Shown: in pieces, positions 9,680 through 20,335 of the stretch
Layout of the letters: each line of letters opens with the position of its first letter
Numbering within the stretch: position 1 is the first letter of the stretch
From: an uncultured Gammaproteobacteria bacterium
Lineage (GTDB): Bacteria; Patescibacteriota; Patescibacteriia; UBA11705; JABHMO01
DNA length: 64,000 nucleotides
Assembly: GCA_964590105.1 (NCBI GenBank)
Contig: CAZPYM010000001.1
Span: 366,172-430,171 of the forward strand
Direction: 5' to 3'
Translations under genes and position numbers: made by a program
Notes under the pieces: generated by a model
Database searches by the model: none
The model's input: the letters and a program-made list of their open reading frames with translations, nothing else
Told to the model about the DNA's origin: nothing

Positions 9680-10270
9680 ATGCAAAAATTGGTCATTGCC
9701 TCTCATAATCCAGGCAAAGTCAATGAATTCAAAAAATTTATGGCTGATTGGCCGTACGAAATTGTTGGACTGGATGATCTTGGAATTATTGATAATGTTG
9801 AAGAGACAGGAAATACTTTTGCAGAAAACGCATTAATTAAAGCTAAATTTTTTCACGAGCTGACCGACCTGCCTACGCTTTCCGATGACGACGGATTTGA
9901 AATAGACGCGCTTGAAGGCGAACCGGGAGTAAAAAGCCGCCGCTGGAAAGGCTATGAAATGTCAGACCAGGAAATGATTGATTACGCGCTTGAAAAGCTC
10001 CAAAATGTTCCGGCTGAAAAACGAACAGCAAGATTAAAAGCTGTTGTCTGTTTAATCTTGCCAAACAAAGATCCTATTTTCGCAGAAGCGGCAATTGAAG
10101 GAATCATCACCAAAAGACAAGAAGCTCTGATAATTAAAGGCTATCCATTTCGTTCAATAATGATAATTCCAAAATTCAATAAACTGTTCGCGCACCTAAC
10201 TGACGATGAACATAAACAATTGAGCCACAGATTACTCGCCTTGAACAAACTGAAAAACCAGTTAAAATAG
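9680..10270 (+). CDS. rdgB: non-canonical purine NTP pyrophosphatase (Ham1/RdgB family)
   Basis: The N-terminus IASHNPGKVNEF and ...SRRW motif are present. Confidence 0.85.
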   Translation: MQKLVIASHNPGKVNEFKKFMADWPYEIVGLDDLGIIDNVEETGNTFAENALIKAKFFHELTDLPTLSDDDGFEIDALEGEPGVKSRRWKGYEMSDQEMIDYALEKLQNVPAEKRTARLKAVVCLILPNKDPIFAEAAIEGIITKRQEALIIKGYPFRSIMIIPKFNKLFAHLTDDEHKQLSHRLLALNKLKNQLK

Positions 10271-10279
10271 GAGGTCTAA

Positions 10280-10738
10280 GTGAGAGGAAACGACAGAATA
10301 GAACTTGTTCGGAAAAAAGACGAAACAATAACGCTCAGCCGCTGGGAAAAAATCATAACTTGGTTCAGCATTCTACTTTTTCAAAAAATCCTTAAGTGGG
10401 AAAATCCTAACAACAAAGCAAAAAGGATCCGGGCTAAAGTTGCCGCCTGGAACGATAAGAAAAAAGGAACATGCGTTGAATGCGACCAACAAGGGTTGAA
10501 AACTTGCCAGTATATTGATCCGAGGAAGAGCTACTATGAATGTCCTGCTTGCGGCCACCGCCAATATCACGACAACAGCAAAGATCTATATACCGAAATA
10601 CTAAGAAACCGGATAAAAGGTAACGGACTTCAACTCCGATACGCATTTCTAAAACCAGCCGAACTGGCTGTCATCCTGCTGATAATGATACTCGGTCTGA
10701 TAGGTCTCCTTTGTTGGATTACAATCACGACCAGCTAA
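10280..10738 (+). CDS. hypothetical zinc-ribbon protein with C-terminal TM helix
   Basis: Paired CxxC motifs (CVECD..CPACGH) are followed by a hydrophobic C-terminus. Confidence 0.5.
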   Translation: MRGNDRIELVRKKDETITLSRWEKIITWFSILLFQKILKWENPNNKAKRIRAKVAAWNDKKKGTCVECDQQGLKTCQYIDPRKSYYECPACGHRQYHDNSKDLYTEILRNRIKGNGLQLRYAFLKPAELAVILLIMILGLIGLLCWITITTS

Positions 10739-10744
10739 CTTCAC

Positions 10745-10775
10745 AACAAAAAGAGCCCTCATCGGCTCTTTTTTA
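10745..10775. terminator. bidirectional hairpin terminator between convergent genes
   Basis: AAAAGAGCC-CTCAT-CGGCTCTTTTTT. Confidence 0.5.
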
Positions 10776-10787
10776 TTTTAATTAATT

Positions 10788-11303
10788 TTATTGGCCGGCC
10801 TTGACGTCTCCAACAGCATTTTCTACTTTTTCCTTAATTTCCTGAACATCTTCATAAGTTTCCTTGGCTTTTTCATATCCCTGCTGAACATCTTCTACTG
10901 TCTCTTTGGCTTGTTGATACTTGTCTTGCAAATCCGCTGCGTTTTGTTTTGTTTGTTCCAGCAATTGCTCACCTTGTTCAATCCCTTTTTTGGTTTCTTC
11001 AACTCCCTGAGGCAAAACTTTTTCAATTTTTTGTTTTTTGTCGTAATAATCCTTGATCAGATCGTCTTTGATATTTACGATAAAATAATAAATCAAATAA
11101 CCGGCTAAAATCAAAATCAAGATTACAAAAACGCAACAATATTTTTTCATGGCGCTTTTCCTGTGATCGCGCTCGTCTTCTTCCCGATACGGCGCCCGCC
11201 TTTGCTGCAAAGCGGACAACCGGTCTTTTTTTTCTTCAATATATTCCTGATTCAAGCGGGCGTATTCTTGTTCGCGCTTGAATTGTTCACTGGAATGTTT
11301 CAT
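10788..11303 (-). CDS. hypothetical coiled-coil membrane protein
   Basis: One TM helix is flanked by charged E/K/Q-rich coiled-coil segments. Confidence 0.5.
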   Translation of the reverse strand: MKHSSEQFKREQEYARLNQEYIEEKKDRLSALQQRRAPYREEDERDHRKSAMKKYCCVFVILILILAGYLIYYFIVNIKDDLIKDYYDKKQKIEKVLPQGVEETKKGIEQGEQLLEQTKQNAADLQDKYQQAKETVEDVQQGYEKAKETYEDVQEIKEKVENAVGDVKAGQ

Positions 11304-11312
11304 AACGAAAAT

Positions 11313-11888
11313 TTACTTGTCGCGAATACTTAGATCATAAACAATCTGTTCGGCCTTTTGCAATGACTTTTTCGCTTGATCAAACTTGGTGCGCAGATAG
11401 CCGCCATGATTGTACTGCATTAATTCGTGAATAATACTGTCAATCACTGCCGCGGACGCTTTGACCTCCTTGATATTACCCTTGGTTGTCCAGATGACCA
11501 TCATGCGCAAAATTTCGCCGGTCAAATCTGACAATCCTCCAATATATTCATCCGGCAACACAAAAAATTCCTTGATCCCATCGATTCTCTTGCCATCAAT
11601 AAAATCACTGAATAACTTTGCTTCGACAAACTCTTCAACCGCCGCTTTCCAGGCTCCTTCAGTGCGAAGTTTGCCGTCTTTGCTGAAACGTGTTTCTAAA
11701 CTTATTAACCCTTTTTTTGATTCAGCAATTTTTTCCTCGGCTTCTTTTTTTCCATCTCTTTGCAAAGCAAAAATCGCCTGCTTGGCCAATTGCTGGGCAG
11801 TTGAACTTTCACTGATAATTTTTCGCCTAGCAATGTCATATTCGGTCTGACCCTGCAAAACGCTTTGCCAAAATTTTTTGTTTAACAT
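11313..11888 (-). CDS. translin-family protein (probable)
   Basis: EYIGGLSDLTGEILRMMV resembles the translin signature (…DLTGELMR…), from memory. Confidence 0.5.
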   Translation of the reverse strand: MLNKKFWQSVLQGQTEYDIARRKIISESSTAQQLAKQAIFALQRDGKKEAEEKIAESKKGLISLETRFSKDGKLRTEGAWKAAVEEFVEAKLFSDFIDGKRIDGIKEFFVLPDEYIGGLSDLTGEILRMMVIWTTKGNIKEVKASAAVIDSIIHELMQYNHGGYLRTKFDQAKKSLQKAEQIVYDLSIRDK

Positions 11889-12002
11889 ATTAAAGGAAAT
11901 TAGAAAATGGAAATTAGAGACTAGGGTTGCTGGCTATAATTTAGACCATTCTAATTTAACCCCAATTTCAGGTTTCTAGTTTCCAGTTTTAGCTAATTAA
12001 TT

Positions 12003-12998
12003 TTACTTTAAATATTTTTGTTTATTCAAAACATGCTCGTCATAATTTTCGCTAAAAATAATATCGCCGTCAGGCGTATTTAAAAAATACCAATACTCAG
12101 TATCTTCCGGATATAAAACAGCTTTTATTGATTCAATGCTTGGATTACTGATAGGCCCAGGCGGCAAACCTGGATATTTATAAGTATTATAAGGATTATC
12201 AACTTTGATATCCTCACTGCTTGGCGCTGCCTGCCCTTTTTGCGTTACATAATTTACAGTGGCGTCGCTCTGCAAAGCCATGCCGATTTTTAATCTTTTC
12301 AAAAATATATCAGCTACTTTTCGGCGGTTTTCATAACCAAACATTTCTCTCTCAACAATACTGGCCAAAGTTACCACTTCAAAAATTGATCTTCCCTGTT
12401 TTTTCGCTTCTTTGCGGAATTCATCAGTCAGCTTGTTGTCAAAATTAGCCAGCATTTTGTCAACAATTACCGCAACGCTTGTCTGCTCATAAATGCGGTA
12501 GGTATCAGGATACAAATAACCTTCAAGTGAGGCTTTCTTGGGCCGATCAATTAAAAACAAAAATGTTTTTTCACTGTATTTATTGCCGTAATCAAGAAAA
12601 TCTCCCGGCTGGATCAAGTTTTGTTTTGCTAAATAATCGTCCATTTGTTCTCCGGTCCAGCCTTCCAAAAGGGTAATATTTATTTCCTTGTTTGAATTCT
12701 GAGCATTGGTGAGAGCCACGATCAACTCTTTGATACTCATGCTGGTTTTCAAATCATAAACACCATCGACAAACTTGGTTTTATTTCCAGAAGCGGCAAC
12801 ATAAACCTTGAACCAAAAAGGTTTTTCCAAAAATCCCTGGGCAACCAAATTATCCGTGATCAATCGCACACCTTCTCCCTTTTTTATTTCAAATTCCTTG
12901 TCGCCAAATTGGTTTGGATTTTGACTATTTATTTGATTATAAAAATATATAGTAAAAATCACCAACAGTATTAATATGCCTAACAATATTTTTTTCAT
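12003..12998 (-). CDS. mltG: endolytic murein transglycosylase MltG (YceG family)
   Basis: An N-terminal TM helix and the C-terminal YceG motif NPYNTYKYPGLPPGPISNPS. Confidence 0.85.
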   Translation of the reverse strand: MKKILLGILILLVIFTIYFYNQINSQNPNQFGDKEFEIKKGEGVRLITDNLVAQGFLEKPFWFKVYVAASGNKTKFVDGVYDLKTSMSIKELIVALTNAQNSNKEINITLLEGWTGEQMDDYLAKQNLIQPGDFLDYGNKYSEKTFLFLIDRPKKASLEGYLYPDTYRIYEQTSVAVIVDKMLANFDNKLTDEFRKEAKKQGRSIFEVVTLASIVEREMFGYENRRKVADIFLKRLKIGMALQSDATVNYVTQKGQAAPSSEDIKVDNPYNTYKYPGLPPGPISNPSIESIKAVLYPEDTEYWYFLNTPDGDIIFSENYDEHVLNKQKYLK

Positions 12999-13001
12999 AA
13001 T

Positions 13002-13655
13002 TTACTTTTGTTCTTTATTCACCTTGCCCTGCGGCGGCAGTTTTTTCTTTAATATTTTTGTAAGCACAAACGGGGCGATTGTAAATATTAGAAATAACAC
13101 AATAAAAAATTCCAATCCGCTGATAAGACCTCTTAAATAATGCAGAGAATTTCCAAAGAAAAATCCAAGAAGCAAATAAAAAGCCGCCCAGATCAAAACT
13201 CCAATTATATCGGAAATAATAAATTTTTTTTCTTTTTCACCGGCCGCGCCCATATAAAACGGCACAAATGCACGAGTCGGTCCGATAAACCTGCCGACAA
13301 TGATGCTAAGAGTTCCCTTATCGAGCAAAAATCCCCCGGCTTCCGGCACATATAAATATTTAAATATGCTCTTTTGTCCAATCTTTAAATCCAGACCTTT
13401 TCTTTTGCCAAGATAATAACTGGCAATGTCACCAACCAGAGCGCCCAGTACCGCCGCGCAAAAAGCCAACCAAAAATTAAACTGGCCGATATATGACAGA
13501 AAACCAATTAATACAATGATGATTGTTCCGGGAAAAATAATTCCAATAAATGCAAATGCCTCCAAAAACGCAAACAAAAAAATTGCTTCATATCCTCTAA
13601 GCGGAAAATATTCCCAGCAATAGCTGATACTGGCCAGAATCTGATCTATGCTCAT
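13002..13655 (-). CDS. DedA/SNARE-associated family membrane protein
   Basis: The polytopic topology matches the DedA motif pattern. Confidence 0.75.
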   Translation of the reverse strand: MSIDQILASISYCWEYFPLRGYEAIFLFAFLEAFAFIGIIFPGTIIIVLIGFLSYIGQFNFWLAFCAAVLGALVGDIASYYLGKRKGLDLKIGQKSIFKYLYVPEAGGFLLDKGTLSIIVGRFIGPTRAFVPFYMGAAGEKEKKFIISDIIGVLIWAAFYLLLGFFFGNSLHYLRGLISGLEFFIVLFLIFTIAPFVLTKILKKKLPPQGKVNKEQK

Positions 13656-13656
13656 A

Positions 13657-14742
13657 TTAAATATACTTGTTTTTATTTTGTTGTTTTAATTTTTCCACGA
13701 TTTTCTTTACTTTTTGCGCTTTGCCCTTCGGACAGACAAGCAAAACATCTTCCGTTTCAATAATAGCCAGATCCTCCAGTTCAACTGCGGCGATAAGCTT
13801 TTTGCCGGAACCGTAGACCAGACAATTTGAACAGTCGCTCGAAATGAAATTTTCAGCATTAATCACATTGCCATTCTTGTCGCCTTCGACTTTTTGGGAA
13901 TCATACAAAACATCAAATGTCCCCACATCGCTCCAGCCAAAATCGTCTTTAATAATAAGCACCTGGCTTGGATTAATTTTTTCCGTAATGGCAAAATCGA
14001 AAGAAATTTTTTCCAGCAATCCATATTCCCGGGACACCCGATCAAAATCTTTGTGCTGGAAAGCCTCCACAATATTATTTAGAATTGCATAATGCGCCGG
14101 ACTATTAACGGCAAAAGCTTCAAGTATTTTGGCCGGCGTCCACATATAATAACCAGCGTGCCATAAATAACTTCCCTGCTGTAAATATTGTTTAGCTGTG
14201 TCAAAATCCGGTTTTTCTTTGTGCCCCAAAAATTCAAATACTTCAACTCCATTGCTGGATTCAAATTTCTTGCCTATGCGCGTATAGCCGAGCGCAGTAC
14301 TGGGAAAAGTCGGGTAAACAGCGATGTCCAGCATTTTTCCTGTTTGAACAATCAGCTCTCCTGCGCGTTTTATCATTTTTATAAATTTATCCACTTCGCC
14401 GATATAGTGGTCCGAAGGAACAAAAGCAATCGGCTCATCTCGAAATTGCTCGATCAAATACGCGGCCGCCAGCCCCATGGCCGGAGCAGTATCTCTTTTC
14501 TCCGGTTCGATAATATAATTGCTATCAGCAATATCGGGAACCAAATTTTTGGCCTGTGCCAGCAACTTGTTATTTAAAACAACATAAATATCGCTCAAAC
14601 TAAAATCAGCCCGAAATCTATCGACTGTTTGCTCAAACAATGTTTTCTGCCCGAATATTTTGGCAAATTGTTTTGGGTTGTTTTCACGGCTAAGCGGCCA
14701 CAATCTGGTTCCGCCGCCGCCGGCTAAAACTATTATTTTCAT
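13657..14742 (-). CDS. mannose-1-phosphate guanylyltransferase-like nucleotidyltransferase
   Basis: The N-terminus MKIIVLAGGGGTRLWPLS is a sugar-nucleotidyltransferase motif. Confidence 0.8.
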   Translation of the reverse strand: MKIIVLAGGGGTRLWPLSRENNPKQFAKIFGQKTLFEQTVDRFRADFSLSDIYVVLNNKLLAQAKNLVPDIADSNYIIEPEKRDTAPAMGLAAAYLIEQFRDEPIAFVPSDHYIGEVDKFIKMIKRAGELIVQTGKMLDIAVYPTFPSTALGYTRIGKKFESSNGVEVFEFLGHKEKPDFDTAKQYLQQGSYLWHAGYYMWTPAKILEAFAVNSPAHYAILNNIVEAFQHKDFDRVSREYGLLEKISFDFAITEKINPSQVLIIKDDFGWSDVGTFDVLYDSQKVEGDKNGNVINAENFISSDCSNCLVYGSGKKLIAAVELEDLAIIETEDVLLVCPKGKAQKVKKIVEKLKQQNKNKYI

Positions 14743-14780
14743 ATGCTACAACCTTAATCTATACGGCTAAAAAAATCAAC

Positions 14781-15620
14781 TCAGCGCCAAAGCATAAGAA
14801 TTATCAAAATTAATGCCAAACAAATTCTGTACCAGCCAAAGACATTTAATTTGTGATGCTCCAGAAATTTTAAAAAATACTTTATTGCCAAAAATCCAAC
14901 CAGCCAGGAACTGACAAAGCCGACTATAAAAACCAGAATTTCAGATGCTGGCAAAGCTTCCCAATCAACATCCATTAATTTAAAAATTCCGGCGCCCAGG
15001 ATCACGGGAATACTAATTAAGAAAGAAAAACGCGCCGCTTCCCTACGCTTTAATTTTGTACTCATTCCTGCTACAATGGTTATGCCGGAACGCGATAACC
15101 CCGGAATTAAGGCTAAGGCTTGAGCAAAGCCAATATACAGAGCGCGGCCGATTCCCATGCCTGAAAAATGCCTGCTATTGTCTTTTGAATATTTTTCCAC
15201 CAGAAACAATAGTCCCGCGCCGATAATAAGCGTAAAAACAACCGTCCAAATATTTCGGAAAAAATCATCAATTGTTTGTTCAAATAAAATCCCGATTATT
15301 GCGGCCGGCACGGTTGCGTAAATAATAAGCATCACTTCGCTCAAATCTGCTTTATTGACTTTCCTCCCAGGAATAAAAATTTCCAAAATAGCCACCAGGT
15401 ACCGCAAAATTTCTACGCGAAAATATATTACCACTGCAAAAAGAGTTCCCAAATGAAGCGCCACATCAAAAGTCAGACTGTCGCTGATATTTGACTGCCA
15501 GATCTCATGCAAAACAACAAGATGTCCCGAACTGGAAACAGGGACAAACTCTGTAATTCCCTGGACAATACCCAAAATTAACGAATAAATATATGTCATA
15601 CCAATTGATACTTGTGCCAA
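14781..15620 (-). CDS. uppP: undecaprenyl-diphosphatase
   Basis: GIVQGITEFVPVSSSGHL is a BacA/UppP signature. Confidence 0.9.
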   Translation of the reverse strand: MAQVSIGMTYIYSLILGIVQGITEFVPVSSSGHLVVLHEIWQSNISDSLTFDVALHLGTLFAVVIYFRVEILRYLVAILEIFIPGRKVNKADLSEVMLIIYATVPAAIIGILFEQTIDDFFRNIWTVVFTLIIGAGLLFLVEKYSKDNSRHFSGMGIGRALYIGFAQALALIPGLSRSGITIVAGMSTKLKRREAARFSFLISIPVILGAGIFKLMDVDWEALPASEILVFIVGFVSSWLVGFLAIKYFLKFLEHHKLNVFGWYRICLALILIILMLWR

Positions 15621-16021
15621 TCGCAGCCGCTATCCTCGCTCAAATTATCAAAATGATAATCAACGGGATAAAAGACCAGTTTAGCTGGGGTGATTTAAAT
15701 AGTTACGGAGGAATGCCATCATCGCATGCCGCTCTGGTAACGTCCCTGTTTGCCATGATCGGTTATTTCGAAGGTTGGGATAGCGCGAGCGCGGCCATTG
15801 CCCTCATTCTCGCAATCATTGTTCTGCGCGACGCCGGCGGCTTTCGGCTGGTTCTAGGCAGACATGCAAAAGAATTAAACCAACTGATTCACGGCCTCGC
15901 AGCGACGAATTCATACAAATATCCACACCTGGATGAAAGGCTTGGTCACACGCCGCTTGAATTGTTTTTTGGAGCTTTAACTGGTGTTGCCGTTAGCGTG
16001 CTATTTATACTGTTTTTTTAA
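15593..16021 (+). CDS. divergent PAP2-family (acid phosphatase/haloperoxidase-related) membrane protein
   Basis: GGMPSSHAA and LRDAGGFR motifs are present. Confidence 0.7.
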   Translation: MSYQLILVPIAAAILAQIIKMIINGIKDQFSWGDLNSYGGMPSSHAALVTSLFAMIGYFEGWDSASAAIALILAIIVLRDAGGFRLVLGRHAKELNQLIHGLAATNSYKYPHLDERLGHTPLELFFGALTGVAVSVLFILFF

Positions 16022-16884
16022 GATTGGCATTTCGGACAATAGCTGGATGTTCGTCCGGAAATTTTAATTTTTTCAATCTGTTTCCCACACTTCTTGCATA
16101 TTTCGCCATGGCGTCCATAAACTTTTAAAACTTTTTGATATTTTCCCTCTGCGCCATCGCTGTTAAGATAGGTGCTAACCGAAGTCCCCTGATATTTGAT
16201 GGCTTTGGTTAGCACTTTTTTAATATTTAAATATAATTTTGTTTTTTTAACACGCGATAAATCTTTTGACCGGCGATCTGGACGCACACCGGAATAAAAA
16301 CACACTTCATCCGTATAAATATTTCCCAGGCCAGCAATTAAATTTTGTTCCAATAAAATACTTTTTATTTTTTTATTTTTATTTTTTTCCAATAAATCAT
16401 TAAAATATGCCTGACTAAATTCTTTGTCAAAAGGCTCCGGACCAAATTCGGCAAATTCTTTTTCAATGTCCTGATTTTTTATTAATTTTAAATAGCCGAA
16501 TTTCCGCACATCATTGTAATACAACTGAGCTCCGTCTGTGAATTGGAAAATGACTCGCGCAAATCTGTCAGGCTGGTTTTCATGTCCTTTTATTGGATGG
16601 CCGCCGGTCAGCGCTTTGCCCTTTTTGGGATAATAAACAAGCTGGCCGGTCATTTTCAGATGAACAAGTATACTGTAATCAAAATTTAATTCAAAAACCA
16701 ATATTTTTGCTCGTCTTTTTACCCGAGTAAATTTTTTTCCATTTAAAAACCGAAGAAACTTCCCCGCGGACGGGGAAATTTTCTTTTTAAAGCTCGGCTC
16801 TATCCAAATTGCTCTGATTTTTTTCCCAGGCACTTTCCCGGCTAAGCCAATTTTGATTGTTTCAACTTCAGGCAGCTCTGGCAT
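16018..16884 (-). CDS. mutM: formamidopyrimidine-DNA glycosylase
   Basis: The MPELPEVET N-terminus and a C-terminal zinc finger (CKKCG...CPKCQ). Confidence 0.9.
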   Translation of the reverse strand: MPELPEVETIKIGLAGKVPGKKIRAIWIEPSFKKKISPSAGKFLRFLNGKKFTRVKRRAKILVFELNFDYSILVHLKMTGQLVYYPKKGKALTGGHPIKGHENQPDRFARVIFQFTDGAQLYYNDVRKFGYLKLIKNQDIEKEFAEFGPEPFDKEFSQAYFNDLLEKNKNKKIKSILLEQNLIAGLGNIYTDEVCFYSGVRPDRRSKDLSRVKKTKLYLNIKKVLTKAIKYQGTSVSTYLNSDGAEGKYQKVLKVYGRHGEICKKCGKQIEKIKISGRTSSYCPKCQS

Positions 16885-16926
16885 TCTTGAATCAAACTAT
16901 TTGATTAGTCTTTTCTCTTGATAAAC

Positions 16927-18510
16927 TCAAACTAAGGATTTGCCGCTCATATCTTCAGGCGCGTCTATTCCCAATATTTTTAAAATAGTCGGCGCCACAT
17001 CTGAAAGCAATCCTATTGGCTGGACTAAACTCAAATCATTGCCAACCAACTGCACGTCTTCGATTATTTTACCTTCAAATTCATTTCCAACTACAATAAA
17101 AGGAACCGGATTGGTGCTGTGTTCCTTGTCTCTTTCGCCGGTTTGCAAATTTACCAGTTCCTCAGCATTGCCATGGTCAGCCACTATCAAGGCCAATCCA
17201 TTTTTTGACAAAATCAAATCCACCACTTCGCCCAAATATTTATCAATCGTTTCAATCGCCTGCACTGTTTCTTTTATTTCACCTGTATGTCCGACCATAT
17301 CGGGATTGGCATAGTTCAGAATTATAAAATCATGCTTTTCTTTCAAAATTTCTTTAATAAGTGCATCGGTTACCTTTCGGGCGGACATGGCCGGCGTTTC
17401 AGCGTATGAAGCGACTTTTGGCGATGGAATTACAATTCTGTCTTCTCCCTCGTAAGGCTCTTCCACTCCGCCGCTAAAAAAGAATGTGACATGCGCGTAT
17501 TTTTCCGTTTCAGCGATATGAAGTTGTCTGCGCCCTTTTTCACTTAAAACTTTTGAAAGTGAGGTGCGAACAGATTCTTTTGGAAAGACAATTTTAACGG
17601 GCAATTCTTTTTCAAATTCGGTCATAGTTACGAAAAATAAATTTTGCAATTTTTCTTCACGATGAAATTTATCAAATTCATTCAGCACAAAAGCGTGGGT
17701 TATTTCCCTAGCGCGATCAGCCCGAAAATTAAAAAAAATTACTGCGTCATTTGACTGAATAGTGGCCACCGGTGAATTTTCTTTACCAATCACGACCGGC
17801 ACAAACTCTTCGTCATAAACTTTTGTTTTGTATGAAGCATCTACCGCCTCACCCGCTGATTTAAAGTATTCTTCACTCTTGCCGTCCACCAGAGTGCGGT
17901 AGGATTTTTCTACTCTTTCCCAACGATTATCCCTATCCATTGTGTACATACGGCCATGAAGCGACGCGATTTCTCCGACTCCAATTTTTTTAATTTTTGC
18001 TTCCAGCTCGTCTACAAAAAGCTTGCCACTATTGTACGGCGAATCTCGCCCGTCAAGAATCGCATGAATATAAACCTCGTCCACTTTTTCTTTCTTGGCC
18101 AATTCCAAAAGCGCGTAGCAATGATTTATCATGCTATGAACCTTTCCTTCGCTGGTTAATCCAAGTAAATGCAGTTTTGAATTATGTTTCTTGACATGTT
18201 CAAGCGCTTCCAACAATACTTTGTTTTGCGAAAACGATCCGTCTTCAATCGCCTTGTCAATACGGGGTAAATTCTGATAAAAAACTTTACCAACGCCTAG
18301 ATTTAAATGGCCGACTTCCGAGTTCCCCATCTCGCCCCACGACAAACCGACCGCTTCACCGGAAGCCAACAGCGTCATAGCCGGATAGCCTGCCACATAT
18401 TTAATAAAGTTTGGCGTTTTGGCAAGAGTTACTCCGTTTCCCTCAGAAGCAGGAGCAATCCCCCAGCCGTCTAACACGATTAAAATTACCGGTTTTGGTA
18501 TTTTTTTCAT
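16927..18510 (-). CDS. gpmI: 2,3-bisphosphoglycerate-independent phosphoglycerate mutase
   Basis: The N-terminus ILIVLDGWGIAP and the C-terminal IVADHGNAE metal-binding motif. Confidence 0.9.
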   Translation of the reverse strand: MKKIPKPVILIVLDGWGIAPASEGNGVTLAKTPNFIKYVAGYPAMTLLASGEAVGLSWGEMGNSEVGHLNLGVGKVFYQNLPRIDKAIEDGSFSQNKVLLEALEHVKKHNSKLHLLGLTSEGKVHSMINHCYALLELAKKEKVDEVYIHAILDGRDSPYNSGKLFVDELEAKIKKIGVGEIASLHGRMYTMDRDNRWERVEKSYRTLVDGKSEEYFKSAGEAVDASYKTKVYDEEFVPVVIGKENSPVATIQSNDAVIFFNFRADRAREITHAFVLNEFDKFHREEKLQNLFFVTMTEFEKELPVKIVFPKESVRTSLSKVLSEKGRRQLHIAETEKYAHVTFFFSGGVEEPYEGEDRIVIPSPKVASYAETPAMSARKVTDALIKEILKEKHDFIILNYANPDMVGHTGEIKETVQAIETIDKYLGEVVDLILSKNGLALIVADHGNAEELVNLQTGERDKEHSTNPVPFIVVGNEFEGKIIEDVQLVGNDLSLVQPIGLLSDVAPTILKILGIDAPEDMSGKSLV

Positions 18511-18514
18511 ATTT

Positions 18515-20059
18515 TTATTTTATTAAACTTTTACTAATTATTTTTGGAATTTTTTTATATCCGAAAACATCATAGATCGTCGGCGCAATATTGGCCAAGA
18601 TTCCTTTTTGCAATTTAATACCGCGGAATTCATCTCCAACTAAAATAAACGGGACCGAATTATTTGTGTGAGCAGTCCAAATCTCATTAGTTTCAAGATC
18701 AATCATTTTTTCGGCATTACCATGATCCGCAGTAATGATTATAACACCATTTTTCTTTAACACTAAATTACCGAGCTCTTTCACGCAATTATCAACATGC
18801 TCTATCGCCTCAATTACCGCCTTCAGGTTACCAGTATGCCCCACCATGTCGGGATTGGCAAAATTAATTGCCATAAAATCATATTGATCTTTTTCAAGCG
18901 CTTTTTCCACGTGTCGCGCGATTTTATAAACACTCATTTCCGGAACTGAAGCATAACTCTTTACCCGAGGAGAAGCAACACGAAATCTTTCCTCGCCATT
19001 AACCGGATTCGCTGATCCACCATTTATAAAATATGTAATATGAGCATATTTTTCTGTTTCAGCAATGTAGAGCTGGCGCTTATCCTTTAACATAATCGGC
19101 AAAGTATCTCGAAGATCTGCCGAAGGATAAGCAGTAATGATATGATCCAAGTCAGGCCCAAAATCAGTCAGCGCGCAAAATAAAATATTATTGTAAACCT
19201 TACTCCGGCGAAAAGCGCCAGGGTTCTTTTTATTAAACTCTTTTTGCACAAAACATTTAGCGAGTTGGCGCGCGCGATCAGATCGAGCATTAAAAAAGAT
19301 AATTCCATCTTTTTCGTTAATCCTTGTTTTTGAAGCTTGTTTCTTACTGTTGCTTATTACTGAAGGCTCAATAAATTCATCAGTTACTTTTTGATTGTAA
19401 CTATGCACAATCGCATCGCGATAATCGCGGAACTGCTGACCACGGCCAACTGAAAATAAATCATAAGCCTTCTGCGTCCTTGTCCAGTTTTTTCCCCTAT
19501 CCATGGCAAAAAATCTACCTATCAATGAAACAATAGTCGCTTTGCCATAAACATTTTTCAATACTTCGTCAACAATTTTCAGCGCATGAAATTGCGGCGA
19601 GTCGCGGCCATCAGTAAAGAGATGCAAATATATTTGTCTCAAACCACTGCCATAAGCCAGGTCAACCAAGGCATATAAATGATCAAGCGATGAATGCGGA
19701 CTTTCACCATCAGAAACCAGCCCTATGAGATGCAGGGATGAATGATTTTTTGTAACAAACTCGATTGTTTCATTCAAGGCCAAATTTTTTTTGAATCGTC
19801 CATTGAAAATATCTTCTGAAATAACAACCGCGTCGTCTTTTACAATTCTGCCCGCGCCTATATTGATATGACCGGCTTCTGAATTGCCGACATAATGCGC
19901 CGGCAGGCCAGCAGCTGTGCCCGAAGCCTCCAGTTGAGTATGAGGGTATTTGTCCCATAGTTTATCAAATGCCGGTTTTTTTGCTAATTCAATAGCATTG
20001 CCCCGACTTTTCGGCGCAATTCCCCATCCGTCTAGGATTAATAAAATCACAGGGCCCAT
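18515..20059 (-). CDS. second iPGM-family paralogue (cofactor-independent phosphoglycerate mutase-like)
   Basis: ILLILDGWGIAP...ITADHGNAE. It is adjacent to gpmI, in the same orientation, and divergent in sequence. Confidence 0.85.
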   Translation of the reverse strand: MGPVILLILDGWGIAPKSRGNAIELAKKPAFDKLWDKYPHTQLEASGTAAGLPAHYVGNSEAGHINIGAGRIVKDDAVVISEDIFNGRFKKNLALNETIEFVTKNHSSLHLIGLVSDGESPHSSLDHLYALVDLAYGSGLRQIYLHLFTDGRDSPQFHALKIVDEVLKNVYGKATIVSLIGRFFAMDRGKNWTRTQKAYDLFSVGRGQQFRDYRDAIVHSYNQKVTDEFIEPSVISNSKKQASKTRINEKDGIIFFNARSDRARQLAKCFVQKEFNKKNPGAFRRSKVYNNILFCALTDFGPDLDHIITAYPSADLRDTLPIMLKDKRQLYIAETEKYAHITYFINGGSANPVNGEERFRVASPRVKSYASVPEMSVYKIARHVEKALEKDQYDFMAINFANPDMVGHTGNLKAVIEAIEHVDNCVKELGNLVLKKNGVIIITADHGNAEKMIDLETNEIWTAHTNNSVPFILVGDEFRGIKLQKGILANIAPTIYDVFGYKKIPKIISKSLIK

Positions 20060-20068
20060 AGAACAATC

Positions 20069-20314
20069 TTACATTTGTGTATCAAATCCAGCCATGGTAT
20101 TAATAAAAGCTTCTTCAATCTGTTCTGCAGCTTTTGGATTTGTCTTTTTCAATTCATCAATCGCCTTTTGTCTTGCAATTTCTGATGCTTCCAAAGCTTG
20201 TTTCAGTATAGTGATTTTTTCCATCACCACGGTTTTAGCTTTTTCAACTAAAGCTTCTAACGTAATCCCCTCTTTTTTTTCAACTGTTCTTGGTACTTCC
20301 ATCGCTGTATTCAT
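20069..20314 (-). CDS. hypothetical small helical protein
   Basis: An 81-aa ORF with an E/K/A-rich helix. Confidence 0.35.
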   Translation of the reverse strand: MNTAMEVPRTVEKKEGITLEALVEKAKTVVMEKITILKQALEASEIARQKAIDELKKTNPKAAEQIEEAFINTMAGFDTQM

Positions 20315-20335
20315 ATTTTTATAAAAACTTATTAA

